Part shown: positions 19,498 through 28,596 of the stretch, one piece after another
How the letters are laid out: the number at the start of each line of letters is the position of its first letter
Numbering within the stretch: position 1 is the first letter of the stretch
Assembly (NCBI GenBank): GCA_965216465.1
Contig: CBDCFW010000005.1
Span: forward strand, 128,001-192,000
DNA from: Bacteroidia bacterium
GTDB taxonomy: Bacteria > Bacteroidota > Bacteroidia > NS11-12g > UBA9320
Reading direction: 5' to 3'
DNA length: 64,000 bases
Program-made: the position numbers and the translations under genes
Notes under the pieces: model-generated
The model's input: the letters and a program-made list of their open reading frames with translations, nothing else
Databases searched by the model: none
What the model was told of the DNA's origin: nothing

Positions 19498-21119
19498 ACG
19501 GAATAGTAAACATCCCAACACCAAAAAATGAACCAGTAAGACCTTATGCTCCAAATACTGGTGAAACACAAAGTTTAAAGAACAAAATTCAAGAACTTCG
19601 TGATGCTAGTACTGACATTCCAATGTACATTGGAGGGAAGGAAGTATTTACATCAGAAAAAGTTGAAATGCACCCACCACATGACACTAAGCATGTATTG
19701 GGAACTTATAATAAAGGAACTGCTGAACACGTAGAACAAGCTATCGAATCTGCTCTTGCAGCAAAAGAGGCTTGGGCGAACACTCCATGGGAAAGTAGAG
19801 CTGCCATATTTCTTAAGGCTGCAGAATTGCTCGCTGGTCCTTATCGCGATAAAATGAATGCTGCAACAATGCTTGCTCAATCAAAAAATGCAATGCAAGC
19901 TGAAATTGATGCTGCATGCGAAATGATTGACTTTTTTAGATTTAATGTTCAATACATGAGCGAAATCTATGCAGAGCAACCACCTGAAAATTCACCAGGA
20001 GTATGGAATCAGCTTGAGTACAGACCGCTTGAAGGCTTTGTATTCGCTTTATCTCCATTTAACTTCACGAGTATTGCTGCCAACTTGTGTGCTAGTCCCG
20101 CAATGATGGGTAATACCGTTGTTTGGAAACCTGCAGAAACTCAGATCTACAGTGCTCAGGTTATTATGGAGCTTTACAAAGAGGCTGGATTACCTGATGG
20201 TGTAATCAACATTGTTTATGTTGATGGTCCAACAACTGGAGATGTAATTTTCAACCACAAAGACTTTGCAGGTATTCACTTTACAGGAAGTACCGGAGTT
20301 TTCAGACACATCTGGAAAACAATTGGAAACAATATCGAGAAGTACAGAAGCTACCCAAGAATAGTTGGAGAAACAGGAGGTAAAGACTTCGTGATGGTTC
20401 ACAATAGTGCAGATGTTGATGTAATCAATACCGCATTAGTTCGTGGAGCTTTTGAATTCCAAGGACAAAAATGTTCTGCTGCATCACGTGCCTACATCCC
20501 AGCAAGCATGTGGAAGGAACTTAAGCCAAAGTTGGTTGAAACTACCAACAACTTAAAGATGGGTCAACCTGAAGATTTCAGCAACTTTATTAATGCAGTT
20601 ATCGACAGAAGAGCATACGATAAAATTACCAATTACATCAAAACAGCTCATAATGATGCAGATGTAAATGTTATTGCAGGTGGAGAATTCAGCGATAGTG
20701 AAGGATACTTTATTAGACCTACTATTCTTGAAGCAAACGATCCAAAGTACACCACCATGTGTGAAGAGATTTTCGGGCCTGTTTTAACTGTTTATGTGTA
20801 TGAAGATGACAAGTACGAAGAAACTCTTGCTATGGTTGATTCAACCTCTGAATATGCGTTAACAGGAGCGATTTTTGCTAAAGGCAGAAACGAAATCAAC
20901 ATTGCATTAAATGCACTTCGCAACTCAGCAGGTAACTTCTATGTAAATGATAAACCAACGGGCGCTGTTGTTGGACAACAACCTTTTGGAGGTGCTAGAG
21001 GAAGTGGTACCAACGATAAAGCTGGAGCCAAAGCGAACTTAATGCGTTGGACTTCAATGCGCACAATTAAAGAAAATTTCGTACCTCCTACGAGCTACGA
21101 ATACCCGTTTCATAGTTAA
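19494..21119 (+). CDS. pruA: L-glutamate gamma-semialdehyde (P5C) dehydrogenase
   Basis: PFNFTSI, FTGST, GETGGKDF, FEFQGQKCSA, EEIFGPV, NDKPTGAVVGQQPFGG. Confidence 0.95.
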   Translation: MNGIVNIPTPKNEPVRPYAPNTGETQSLKNKIQELRDASTDIPMYIGGKEVFTSEKVEMHPPHDTKHVLGTYNKGTAEHVEQAIESALAAKEAWANTPWESRAAIFLKAAELLAGPYRDKMNAATMLAQSKNAMQAEIDAACEMIDFFRFNVQYMSEIYAEQPPENSPGVWNQLEYRPLEGFVFALSPFNFTSIAANLCASPAMMGNTVVWKPAETQIYSAQVIMELYKEAGLPDGVINIVYVDGPTTGDVIFNHKDFAGIHFTGSTGVFRHIWKTIGNNIEKYRSYPRIVGETGGKDFVMVHNSADVDVINTALVRGAFEFQGQKCSAASRAYIPASMWKELKPKLVETTNNLKMGQPEDFSNFINAVIDRRAYDKITNYIKTAHNDADVNVIAGGEFSDSEGYFIRPTILEANDPKYTTMCEEIFGPVLTVYVYEDDKYEETLAMVDSTSEYALTGAIFAKGRNEINIALNALRNSAGNFYVNDKPTGAVVGQQPFGGARGSGTNDKAGAKANLMRWTSMRTIKENFVPPTSYEYPFHS

Positions 21120-21185
21120 TCTCAATATGAGAAATACTCCTCATAATGGGAATTTTTGAGGATGAAACAGGAGAAATAACACACT

Positions 21186-21222
21186 AGAAGATCAGTCGTA
21201 AATGGCTGATCTTCTTTGTTTT
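21186..21222 (+). terminator. Intrinsic terminator after pruA
   Basis: agaagatcagtc-gtaaat-ggctgatcttct followed by ttgtttt. Confidence 0.7.
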
Positions 21223-21290
21223 AGGAGTCGAACACCACCTCCTTTATTTCGGTGGCATAGCCTTTGCCAAATTCTTTATGTACAAACCTT

Positions 21291-21809
21291 ATGGAGAAAG
21301 ATAATCAGTTTAGTTATCTCAACTTCTTTTATGGGCTTGGAGCTACGGTGATTCTTATTGCGGCTATGTTCAAGTTCTTAGGATGGAGATATGCTAATTA
21401 CATTTTTGTCTTCGGCATCCTCGTGGAAGCCTTAGTCTTTCTTGTTTCAGCATTTGCTGGTAGCAAGAAGAAAGACAATTATGAGTGGGAGAAAGTCTTT
21501 CCTCAGCTCAAAAGCGACGATGAACTTCTTGACATCTCTTCTTCAATGGTTGAAGGTACACAGCAACAACAAATACAAAAGATCATTGAAACCATAGTTG
21601 TGCTTAACAACTCTGTTAATGAATTAAATGAGGCAACAAAAAAACTCACAAATTCAGTGTCTACTATGGAGAAGAACTATGAAAATATTACGGAGAGTAC
21701 ACAGAAGTATCAGCGTGAAATAGATAATTTAAGTTCAAAAATTGCTCATGCTAACGACAGTTTAAGTGAATTGGAAAACTTTAATTATCAAAGACAGAAG
21801 TTAGACTAA
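21291..21809 (+). CDS. GldL/PorL paralog (second copy)
   Basis: NFFYGLGATVILIAAMFKFLGW...ILVEALVFLVSAF...YEWEKVFPQL aligns by eye to the GldL TM region; shorter coiled-coil tail. Confidence 0.82.
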   Translation: MEKDNQFSYLNFFYGLGATVILIAAMFKFLGWRYANYIFVFGILVEALVFLVSAFAGSKKKDNYEWEKVFPQLKSDDELLDISSSMVEGTQQQQIQKIIETIVVLNNSVNELNEATKKLTNSVSTMEKNYENITESTQKYQREIDNLSSKIAHANDSLSELENFNYQRQKLD

Positions 21810-21811
21810 TA

Positions 21812-23452
21812 ATGAAAAGTATAGGATCATTTTTCAATTCGAATGGAAGTTTAAGGCAAAAGGCCATAAACCTGTTTTATTTGATTTTTTTGATTTTGAT
21901 CTTTTCATTTATTCCTTCCGATTTTGTCGATTCGGCTCATCACTCGAATACCTCTCTTGATTTAATTACGCAGGATATAAATCAACTCAACAAAACAAGT
22001 ACTGACTTTTTCTTGCAGTTGCTCAAGGATGAGCCAATCTTATACGAACAAACCCACGACAAGTTTCAAGAAATTGAAGCAATAACGCGTATTACTACTC
22101 AGTTTATCGATGACCTTAAAATTCAACTTATAAACGTCGACAAAATTGATGATAATGGCTTTTTCAAAAACGGCAGAAGTGAATATACGAGCCAAGAGCT
22201 TATGATTCACGAAAACAAAGGAGACACCTTATTTAAAGTGCTTCGTGCGTTTAAGAACACCATGGTCGAGTATTTAAGTTCAAGCGATATTGATGAATTT
22301 AATGCCATTCTTCCGTTGCCAAAATATGAATTGACCAGCGATGGCAACTATATAAAGGCAAATGAATTCTATTTTGACAGAACTCCGCTTAACATTTCGA
22401 TTTTGAATTTAACCCATTTCAAAAGTCGAGTTGAGCGTGCACGCGTCTTTACCAATCAACGATTGATTAAGGCAACTATTGAAGAAAATGCAGCATTTCT
22501 GCCTTCTGAATTTGTGAATCTGTACTTGGAAAATGGAGCACACGCCACTTCTTCCGCTCCTAATTTTAACACAGAGCCACTACTTGAAACTGAAGAAGTT
22601 ACCCAAAATGAAACCAACGCTTTTTATGTTGAACTATTAAGTGACACAAGCGTATATCTCGGTCATCTGATAAGATATCAAATACACATCTCACCTTTGG
22701 CACAAAAACCTATCCAAATTACGGTTGACGGACCACAGGCTAGGGAAGTATTTACCATGAATACTTCTGGCAAGTTTTACTTCTATCCTTCTAAACTGGG
22801 AAGATATACCATCAATTTTATCGGCGAAGCGAAAACGTCAAAAAGAGAACATTCCGTTATCAAGAACATTACCCAAGTGCAAACAGGAAAGCTTACACCT
22901 CTCTACATAGGAATTGATAATCCTTTAGATATTTCTACACTTGATTTTGACAACCCAAATATCATATCTGCAGAAATTACGAGTGGTCAGGTTCTCAAAG
23001 TCGACAATAAGTTTGTTGCTAGGGTTCGTCAAAAAGGTATAACAACGCTAAAAGTATTTGCCAATATGTCTTACGGCAAGGTGAAAATCGCCGAACAAAC
23101 CTTTGTAGTTCGCGAATTAAATAACCCCATTCCGCTTATTAATGGAATTAAGAGTGGAGCAACTGTCGCGTACCGTAAACGAACTCAGCTACGAAAAATC
23201 TCACTTAAAACAGACGAGTACATGATTAAGTCGGGCGTGAATGTTATGCATTTTGAATTCTCAAGAATTCATAGCAATCACAGTGAAATTACATCACCAA
23301 TTGACAACAATGGAGCTACTTTTAATCAATCTGTATTAACTGAAATCCGAAAGGCCCAATCAGGAGACATGTTGTTGTTTTCGAACGTTACCATAAAACA
23401 AGAAAACCAAGCACCGGTAAACATCGGCTCAATAACCATAAAGGTGAATTAG
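21812..23452 (+). CDS. GldM/PorM paralog (second copy, divergent)
   Basis: LRQKAINLFYLIFL matches GldM PRQKMINMMYLVL; LYIGIDNPLDIS, FVVRELNNP, IRKAQSGDMLLF match the C-terminal GldM motifs of 2156..3742. Confidence 0.8.
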   Translation: MKSIGSFFNSNGSLRQKAINLFYLIFLILIFSFIPSDFVDSAHHSNTSLDLITQDINQLNKTSTDFFLQLLKDEPILYEQTHDKFQEIEAITRITTQFIDDLKIQLINVDKIDDNGFFKNGRSEYTSQELMIHENKGDTLFKVLRAFKNTMVEYLSSSDIDEFNAILPLPKYELTSDGNYIKANEFYFDRTPLNISILNLTHFKSRVERARVFTNQRLIKATIEENAAFLPSEFVNLYLENGAHATSSAPNFNTEPLLETEEVTQNETNAFYVELLSDTSVYLGHLIRYQIHISPLAQKPIQITVDGPQAREVFTMNTSGKFYFYPSKLGRYTINFIGEAKTSKREHSVIKNITQVQTGKLTPLYIGIDNPLDISTLDFDNPNIISAEITSGQVLKVDNKFVARVRQKGITTLKVFANMSYGKVKIAEQTFVVRELNNPIPLINGIKSGATVAYRKRTQLRKISLKTDEYMIKSGVNVMHFEFSRIHSNHSEITSPIDNNGATFNQSVLTEIRKAQSGDMLLFSNVTIKQENQAPVNIGSITIKVN

Positions 23453-23563
23453 TGCCTAACACACTTGAATCAAAACACGTCACTTTTATCTAATTATTCG
23501 ATCAAATTCAGAATTTCTGAACTAAAATTGCGTTAATCAATTGAACATTCAGAACGTCTACAG

Positions 23564-26191
23564 ATGAAAAAATACTTTTTAAGCTTCGCTATATTCATTG
23601 TACTTCTTCTTGCTTCAACCATATTCTTACCATACTTGTTTAAAGATCGGATTATTGAAGAAATTAAGAAACAAGCAACTGAAAGCTTAAAAGTTAATGT
23701 TGACTTTAACAGCAATATTTCAATCAATATATTCAAGTCCTTTCCTAACCTTAGCTTAGGTATTAAAGACATTTCTCTAACGTACGATAATAAGTTTTTG
23801 AACGACACATTATTGCACGTTGACAAAATGGAGCTATCTATTGACTTGATGGAGTTTTACCAACATCAAAATTATAGGCTACGTTCCATTTTGATGGAGG
23901 CCCCACAATTGCACCTTGAACTGTTAAATGATTCAACCTTTAATTGGGATTTGATGGAAAGTACAGAAGAAAATGGAGAGTCGATAGACCTTGAATTGGA
24001 AAAAATTCAGATTGTTAATGGTTCATTTTCATACCATGATGTCGCAGCAAACCTAAAATCTTCTTTCGATCAAATAGCACACCTTTCTAGCGGAAGTTAC
24101 AACACCGATAGTTTTTTACTCAATGCCTCAACAACTGTTGATCAAATTTATGTAGACTACGGAGGAATTAAGTATATCAATAATTGGTCGCTAGTTCAAG
24201 ATGGTCAAATCTACTTAGATCTGTTAGAAGACATTTACAGCTTTCGATCAAATGACCTTAAACTTAATGGCATCGACACCAAGCTTGATGGCTTTATTCA
24301 GCTTGTGGAGGAAAACATTCTGTTCAATCTAAAAAGTCAGTCAACTTCTCCGGATTTGAATCAATTCTTAACGTTAATTCCTGCTATTTACAAAAGCGAC
24401 TTTGAACATTTGAAAACTGAAGGAAGTGGAAGTTTAGCGGTTGAATACAAAGGACTCTATAGCGCAACAACTTATCCGAGCTATGATGTCGATTTAGCAA
24501 TAAACAAAGGATGGTTTAAGTATCCCGACATGGATCTGCCGGCGGAAGACATTGACTTACATGCCCGATTTTATAGCGAAGATGGAAATCCAGACAACAC
24601 GGTAATTGATATCTCGAAGTTTAATTTCAGCTTGGATGAGTCTCCTTTTACACTTCAACTTCTAGCCAAGAATTTAAACATCAATCCTTACATAGATTTA
24701 AAGTCTGCTGGGAATTTGAATCTCGAAACTTTGAATAAAATTATACCTTTTAAAGAAACTGTGCTGGGAGGAGATATTCAGAGCGACGTCAGCGTAAAAG
24801 GAAGTGTTGGAAATGCAGCGTTAGCCAACCTAAACACTTTAAAGGCTAAAGGAGTATTCAAAACCAATAACCTTATTTACAAGTCTGTAGATATGCCTGA
24901 AACGCTTGAGGTAAAAGAGGCGGATCTTGAAATTGACAATAACCTAGTAAACATTAAGACTTTAGATGCTAAACTTGGCAAAAATGACATCAAAATTGAT
25001 GGGAGACTCAACAATTTCTTAGCATATGCGATGAACTCTGGCACACTTTACGGTCGTTTAGGATTAAGCTCTAACTCACTTAACGTCAATGACTTCTTAA
25101 CGGAATCATCGTCAGAAGATTCTGTTCAAATGACGTTAATTGAAGTTCCAGGTGATCTTTCAGTCGATTTAACCACTGACATCAAAAATCTGGTTTACGA
25201 CGACCTACATTTCACGAATTTTAAAGGTAGTGCATCGGTTAATAATCGCACTTTGACCTTCGATCGAATAACTACAGATTTGTTAGGCGGCAATCTTAAC
25301 TTCAACGGAAAATATTTGTATGATGAAGTTAAACCTCATGCTGATTTTGAAATTGCTTTCACCCACATCAAGGTAGCCGATCTAGCTAATAAATTTAAAA
25401 TTATTCAAGCATTCGCTCCTTTAGCTAACGAAGTTAATGCTCAATCAACAGCTAAGCTTACATTTTCATCATTGTTGAAGTCTGATATGTCTCCAGACTT
25501 AACCGATGTATCTTTAGGCGGACTCATTAATTTGGAATCTATTAAGATTAATTCGTTAGATGTTTTAAAGTCTTTGGATTCCAAACTGGGTACGAATCAC
25601 TTTAATGTAGACTATCTAAACGACATGTTGTTGAAGTTCAACATCAATGACGGAAACCTATGGGTTGAACCTTTTAGCCTATTTATCGACAGTTCGATAC
25701 TTAACCTAAGTGGACTTTCTAAGCTTAATGGGAACATTAATTATGCCGGGATCTTAAGCATTCCAAGTGCTTATGTTTCAAATGAAGTATCTACAATAAA
25801 TGCATTAGTCAAAAACACAAAATTCGACCAATTGGAAGTAAAGCCAAATCAGTACTTAGATATTGCAGTGAAAATTGCTGGAACTGTTAAAGAGCCAAAC
25901 GTCGAACTCAACTTGCAAGCAATTAAAGACAACGTAAAACAATCGATTGCTTCAAGTGTTTCTGAAGAAGTAGAGAACAAAAAGAAAGAGGCTGAAGAAC
26001 TAGTAAAAACAGAGCTCGATAAGATTAAAGACGAGACAGCAAAAAAGGCTGAGGAAACTGAAAATCGTCTTAAGGAAGAAGCCGAAAAGAAGAAAAAAGA
26101 AGCTGAAGAAAAACTCAAAGCTGAGGCAGAAGCAGCTAAAAAGAAACTGGAAGACGAAGCCAAGAAAAAGTTAAGAAACTTAATTAAATGA
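23564..26191 (+). CDS. AsmA family protein
   Basis: N-terminal anchor LPYLFKDRI, SINIFKSFPNLSL, beta-rich body, IAGTVKEPNVEL then a K/E/A coiled-coil tail. Confidence 0.85.
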   Translation: MKKYFLSFAIFIVLLLASTIFLPYLFKDRIIEEIKKQATESLKVNVDFNSNISINIFKSFPNLSLGIKDISLTYDNKFLNDTLLHVDKMELSIDLMEFYQHQNYRLRSILMEAPQLHLELLNDSTFNWDLMESTEENGESIDLELEKIQIVNGSFSYHDVAANLKSSFDQIAHLSSGSYNTDSFLLNASTTVDQIYVDYGGIKYINNWSLVQDGQIYLDLLEDIYSFRSNDLKLNGIDTKLDGFIQLVEENILFNLKSQSTSPDLNQFLTLIPAIYKSDFEHLKTEGSGSLAVEYKGLYSATTYPSYDVDLAINKGWFKYPDMDLPAEDIDLHARFYSEDGNPDNTVIDISKFNFSLDESPFTLQLLAKNLNINPYIDLKSAGNLNLETLNKIIPFKETVLGGDIQSDVSVKGSVGNAALANLNTLKAKGVFKTNNLIYKSVDMPETLEVKEADLEIDNNLVNIKTLDAKLGKNDIKIDGRLNNFLAYAMNSGTLYGRLGLSSNSLNVNDFLTESSSEDSVQMTLIEVPGDLSVDLTTDIKNLVYDDLHFTNFKGSASVNNRTLTFDRITTDLLGGNLNFNGKYLYDEVKPHADFEIAFTHIKVADLANKFKIIQAFAPLANEVNAQSTAKLTFSSLLKSDMSPDLTDVSLGGLINLESIKINSLDVLKSLDSKLGTNHFNVDYLNDMLLKFNINDGNLWVEPFSLFIDSSILNLSGLSKLNGNINYAGILSIPSAYVSNEVSTINALVKNTKFDQLEVKPNQYLDIAVKIAGTVKEPNVELNLQAIKDNVKQSIASSVSEEVENKKKEAEELVKTELDKIKDETAKKAEETENRLKEEAEKKKKEAEEKLKAEAEAAKKKLEDEAKKKLRNLIK

Positions 26192-26682
26192 GATTAATCC
26201 CAATCATTACGCTAACCCTATTGGTGTTTGCGTGCACCAGCCCAAAGGAAGATAAGAGTACTCAAGAGACCGAGCCAATAAACAAAAGCCAAACATTTGA
26301 AACCAACGACACCCTTCACGTGATCGCTTCAGGTGATCTTATGAGTGACATTAAATTTAGCGTTGACACCATTATCGTTCAATCTGACAAATCGCTAACT
26401 ATTTCATTGGAGAATCAAAGTACGATGGAAGCTATGCCACATAATCTTGTAATCATAAAATCAGGCACTGCAAATGACGTAGGACAAGGTGGACTGAAGT
26501 TCAAAGACAATGGTTATGTTAATCCTGAAGACGCCAATGTTATTGCTCACTCGCCTTTGGCACAGATTGGTGAAACTGTATTGTTTTCATTCCATGCTCC
26601 AGCACCTGGGAATTATGAATTTATTTGTTCATTTCCGGGACATTGGGGCTTGATGAAAGGAGTTTTGATTGTAGCAGATTAG
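26188..26682 (+). CDS. Azurin/auracyanin-like blue copper lipoprotein
   Basis: Lipobox VFAC; MPHNLVI and YEFICSFPGHWGLM type-1 copper ligands. Confidence 0.9.
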   Translation: MRLIPIITLTLLVFACTSPKEDKSTQETEPINKSQTFETNDTLHVIASGDLMSDIKFSVDTIIVQSDKSLTISLENQSTMEAMPHNLVIIKSGTANDVGQGGLKFKDNGYVNPEDANVIAHSPLAQIGETVLFSFHAPAPGNYEFICSFPGHWGLMKGVLIVAD

Positions 26683-28169
26683 AACGGCATATCGCTATCC
26701 GGCTCAAAAGGAGTCATATCGTTCATCTTACTTTCGAAAGTCACGCTGCTATCCTGGAAGGTATCCTGGCCATAGTCTGTGTATCCCCAGTCAGCGAACT
26801 TACCGAACTTGCTTACAAATTTTAGGTTTACTGTTCCTGTTGCACCATTACGATGCTTTCTGATGATAATCTCAGCCATACCCGTATTATCATTACCTTC
26901 TTCGTCTTGAGTAATTCCATAATACTCGGGTCTAAAAATAAAGGTTACAAGGTCGGCATCCTGCTCAATAGAACCTGACTCCCTCAAGTCAGACAGCAAT
27001 GGTCGTTTGTCTTGACGCTGTTCAACTGCTCTACTCAACTGTGCCAGTGCAATAACAGGAATATCCAGTTCTTTTGCTAACCCTTTTAGTGATCGCGAGA
27101 TATAACTAATTTCTTGCTCTCTGTTTCCAGCTGACTTGTTTCCTTCTTCAGCACGCATCAGTTGTAAATAATCGATGATGATTATATCAATATCGCGTTG
27201 CCTTTTTAGCCTTCTGGCTTTGGCTTTAAGATCAAGAACCGTTAAGGCTGGAGTATCATCAATAAAAATATCCGCCTCCTCAATGGTGCTAATCTTAGTA
27301 TGAAGTTGTTGCCATTCATGATCAGCTAGTTTACCCGTTCTAAGCTTGTCAGCATCTAACTCAGCTTCCGAAGATATCAATCTTTTAGTGAGTTGAAGGC
27401 TACTCATCTCTAGTGAAAACAAAGCAACCTTTTTGTTGGCCAATACGGCAGCATTTCTAGCCATAGAAAGTACAAATGCAGTTTTACCCATACCAGGACG
27501 AGCGGCGAGAATAATCAAATCACTTTTTTGCCAGCCGGCAGTCATTCGATCAAGTTCGCTAAATCCTGAAGGCACTCCCGTAAAACCTTCTACATCAGTT
27601 TTAAGTCCTTCAATTTCTTTAATTGCTTTTGAGATCAGATCACTCACTGAGTCGTAACTCTTAGTCATACTGTCATTTTTAATCTCAAATAGCTTTTTCT
27701 CTGATTCGTCGAGTAATTCAAAGGCATCTGAGGTCTCTTCAAAGGCCTTCTCTCCTATTTCTCCAGCTACAGAAATAAGCTGTCTTTGAATACTCTTTTG
27801 AATCACAATGTGAGCGTGATACTCGATATTGGCAGCACTGCTCACTCTGTTTGTAAGTTGAGTGATGTAATAAGGACCACCAACTTGCTCAAGGTTTCCT
27901 TCTTTTCTAAGTTTTTCGGTTACGGTTAAAATATCTATGGGATTACCTTCTGTAAAAAGTGCCAGAATGGCTTCATAGATCAGCTGATGGGCATCAACAT
28001 AAAATGCGTCTTTCTTTAGATAACTTGCGACTTTTTCAGGTGCATACTTTTCAAGCATTAAAGCACCTAAAACTGCTTCCTCGAGGTCTCTTGCCTGTGG
28101 CTGCAATTTTGACATATCCATACCTGCCATTTTCAATCCCTTCTTATTTGCCAATCGCTTATTATCCAT
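26679..28169 (-). CDS. dnaB: Replicative DNA helicase
   Basis: LAARPGMGKT, FSLEMS, IIDYLQLM, LAQLSRAVE, SDLRESGSIEQDAD. Confidence 0.97.
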   Translation of the reverse strand: MDNKRLANKKGLKMAGMDMSKLQPQARDLEEAVLGALMLEKYAPEKVASYLKKDAFYVDAHQLIYEAILALFTEGNPIDILTVTEKLRKEGNLEQVGGPYYITQLTNRVSSAANIEYHAHIVIQKSIQRQLISVAGEIGEKAFEETSDAFELLDESEKKLFEIKNDSMTKSYDSVSDLISKAIKEIEGLKTDVEGFTGVPSGFSELDRMTAGWQKSDLIILAARPGMGKTAFVLSMARNAAVLANKKVALFSLEMSSLQLTKRLISSEAELDADKLRTGKLADHEWQQLHTKISTIEEADIFIDDTPALTVLDLKAKARRLKRQRDIDIIIIDYLQLMRAEEGNKSAGNREQEISYISRSLKGLAKELDIPVIALAQLSRAVEQRQDKRPLLSDLRESGSIEQDADLVTFIFRPEYYGITQDEEGNDNTGMAEIIIRKHRNGATGTVNLKFVSKFGKFADWGYTDYGQDTFQDSSVTFESKMNDMTPFEPDSDMPF

Positions 28170-28199
28170 TTAAATTTAGTCGAATCTCAGTTGATTAAT

Positions 28200-28560
28200 T
28201 AATTATCCGTTTTGGTTGCTTCAAATTTACATTTTTGTGTATCTCGACAATCTCAAAAAGTGCCCAACCAATGTTATCCACACACCATTTCAAAATGTTT
28301 GTGAAACGTTGATAACCCCACGCGGGACTAGCTAAAATAGTGAATATCAAGGTCATCTTATTAACATGTTGCTAAGGTTATTAAAAGTGTTCCACTGTTT
28401 CACTGAACTCCAAGCACTTATGAACAAGATTATAAAAGCCTAATTATGAATAGAATTAATTTTTTCAACTTCTTGCTTCTAATAAATCAATTTGGACAAT
28501 GTTTACTCTTTCTAAAATTTTAGTCATGTCATTCTTATAATTAACAAATGGTGTATACGA
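28200..28560. other. DnaA-box cluster, candidate oriC
   Basis: Perfect TTATCCACA at 28274-28282; 7/9 boxes at 28307-28315 (-), 28358-28366, 28367-28375 (-), 28418-28426; adjacent AT-rich tract. Confidence 0.5.
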
Positions 28561-28596
28561 CCATCATTTTGGCGTTATATTTGTTAGGTAAATAAT

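Noticed and set aside
25960-26180. Low-complexity A/G-rich repeats and the antisense ORF 25849..26163
   Set aside because: Encodes the K/E/A coiled-coil tail of AsmA; the antisense ORF is a shadow
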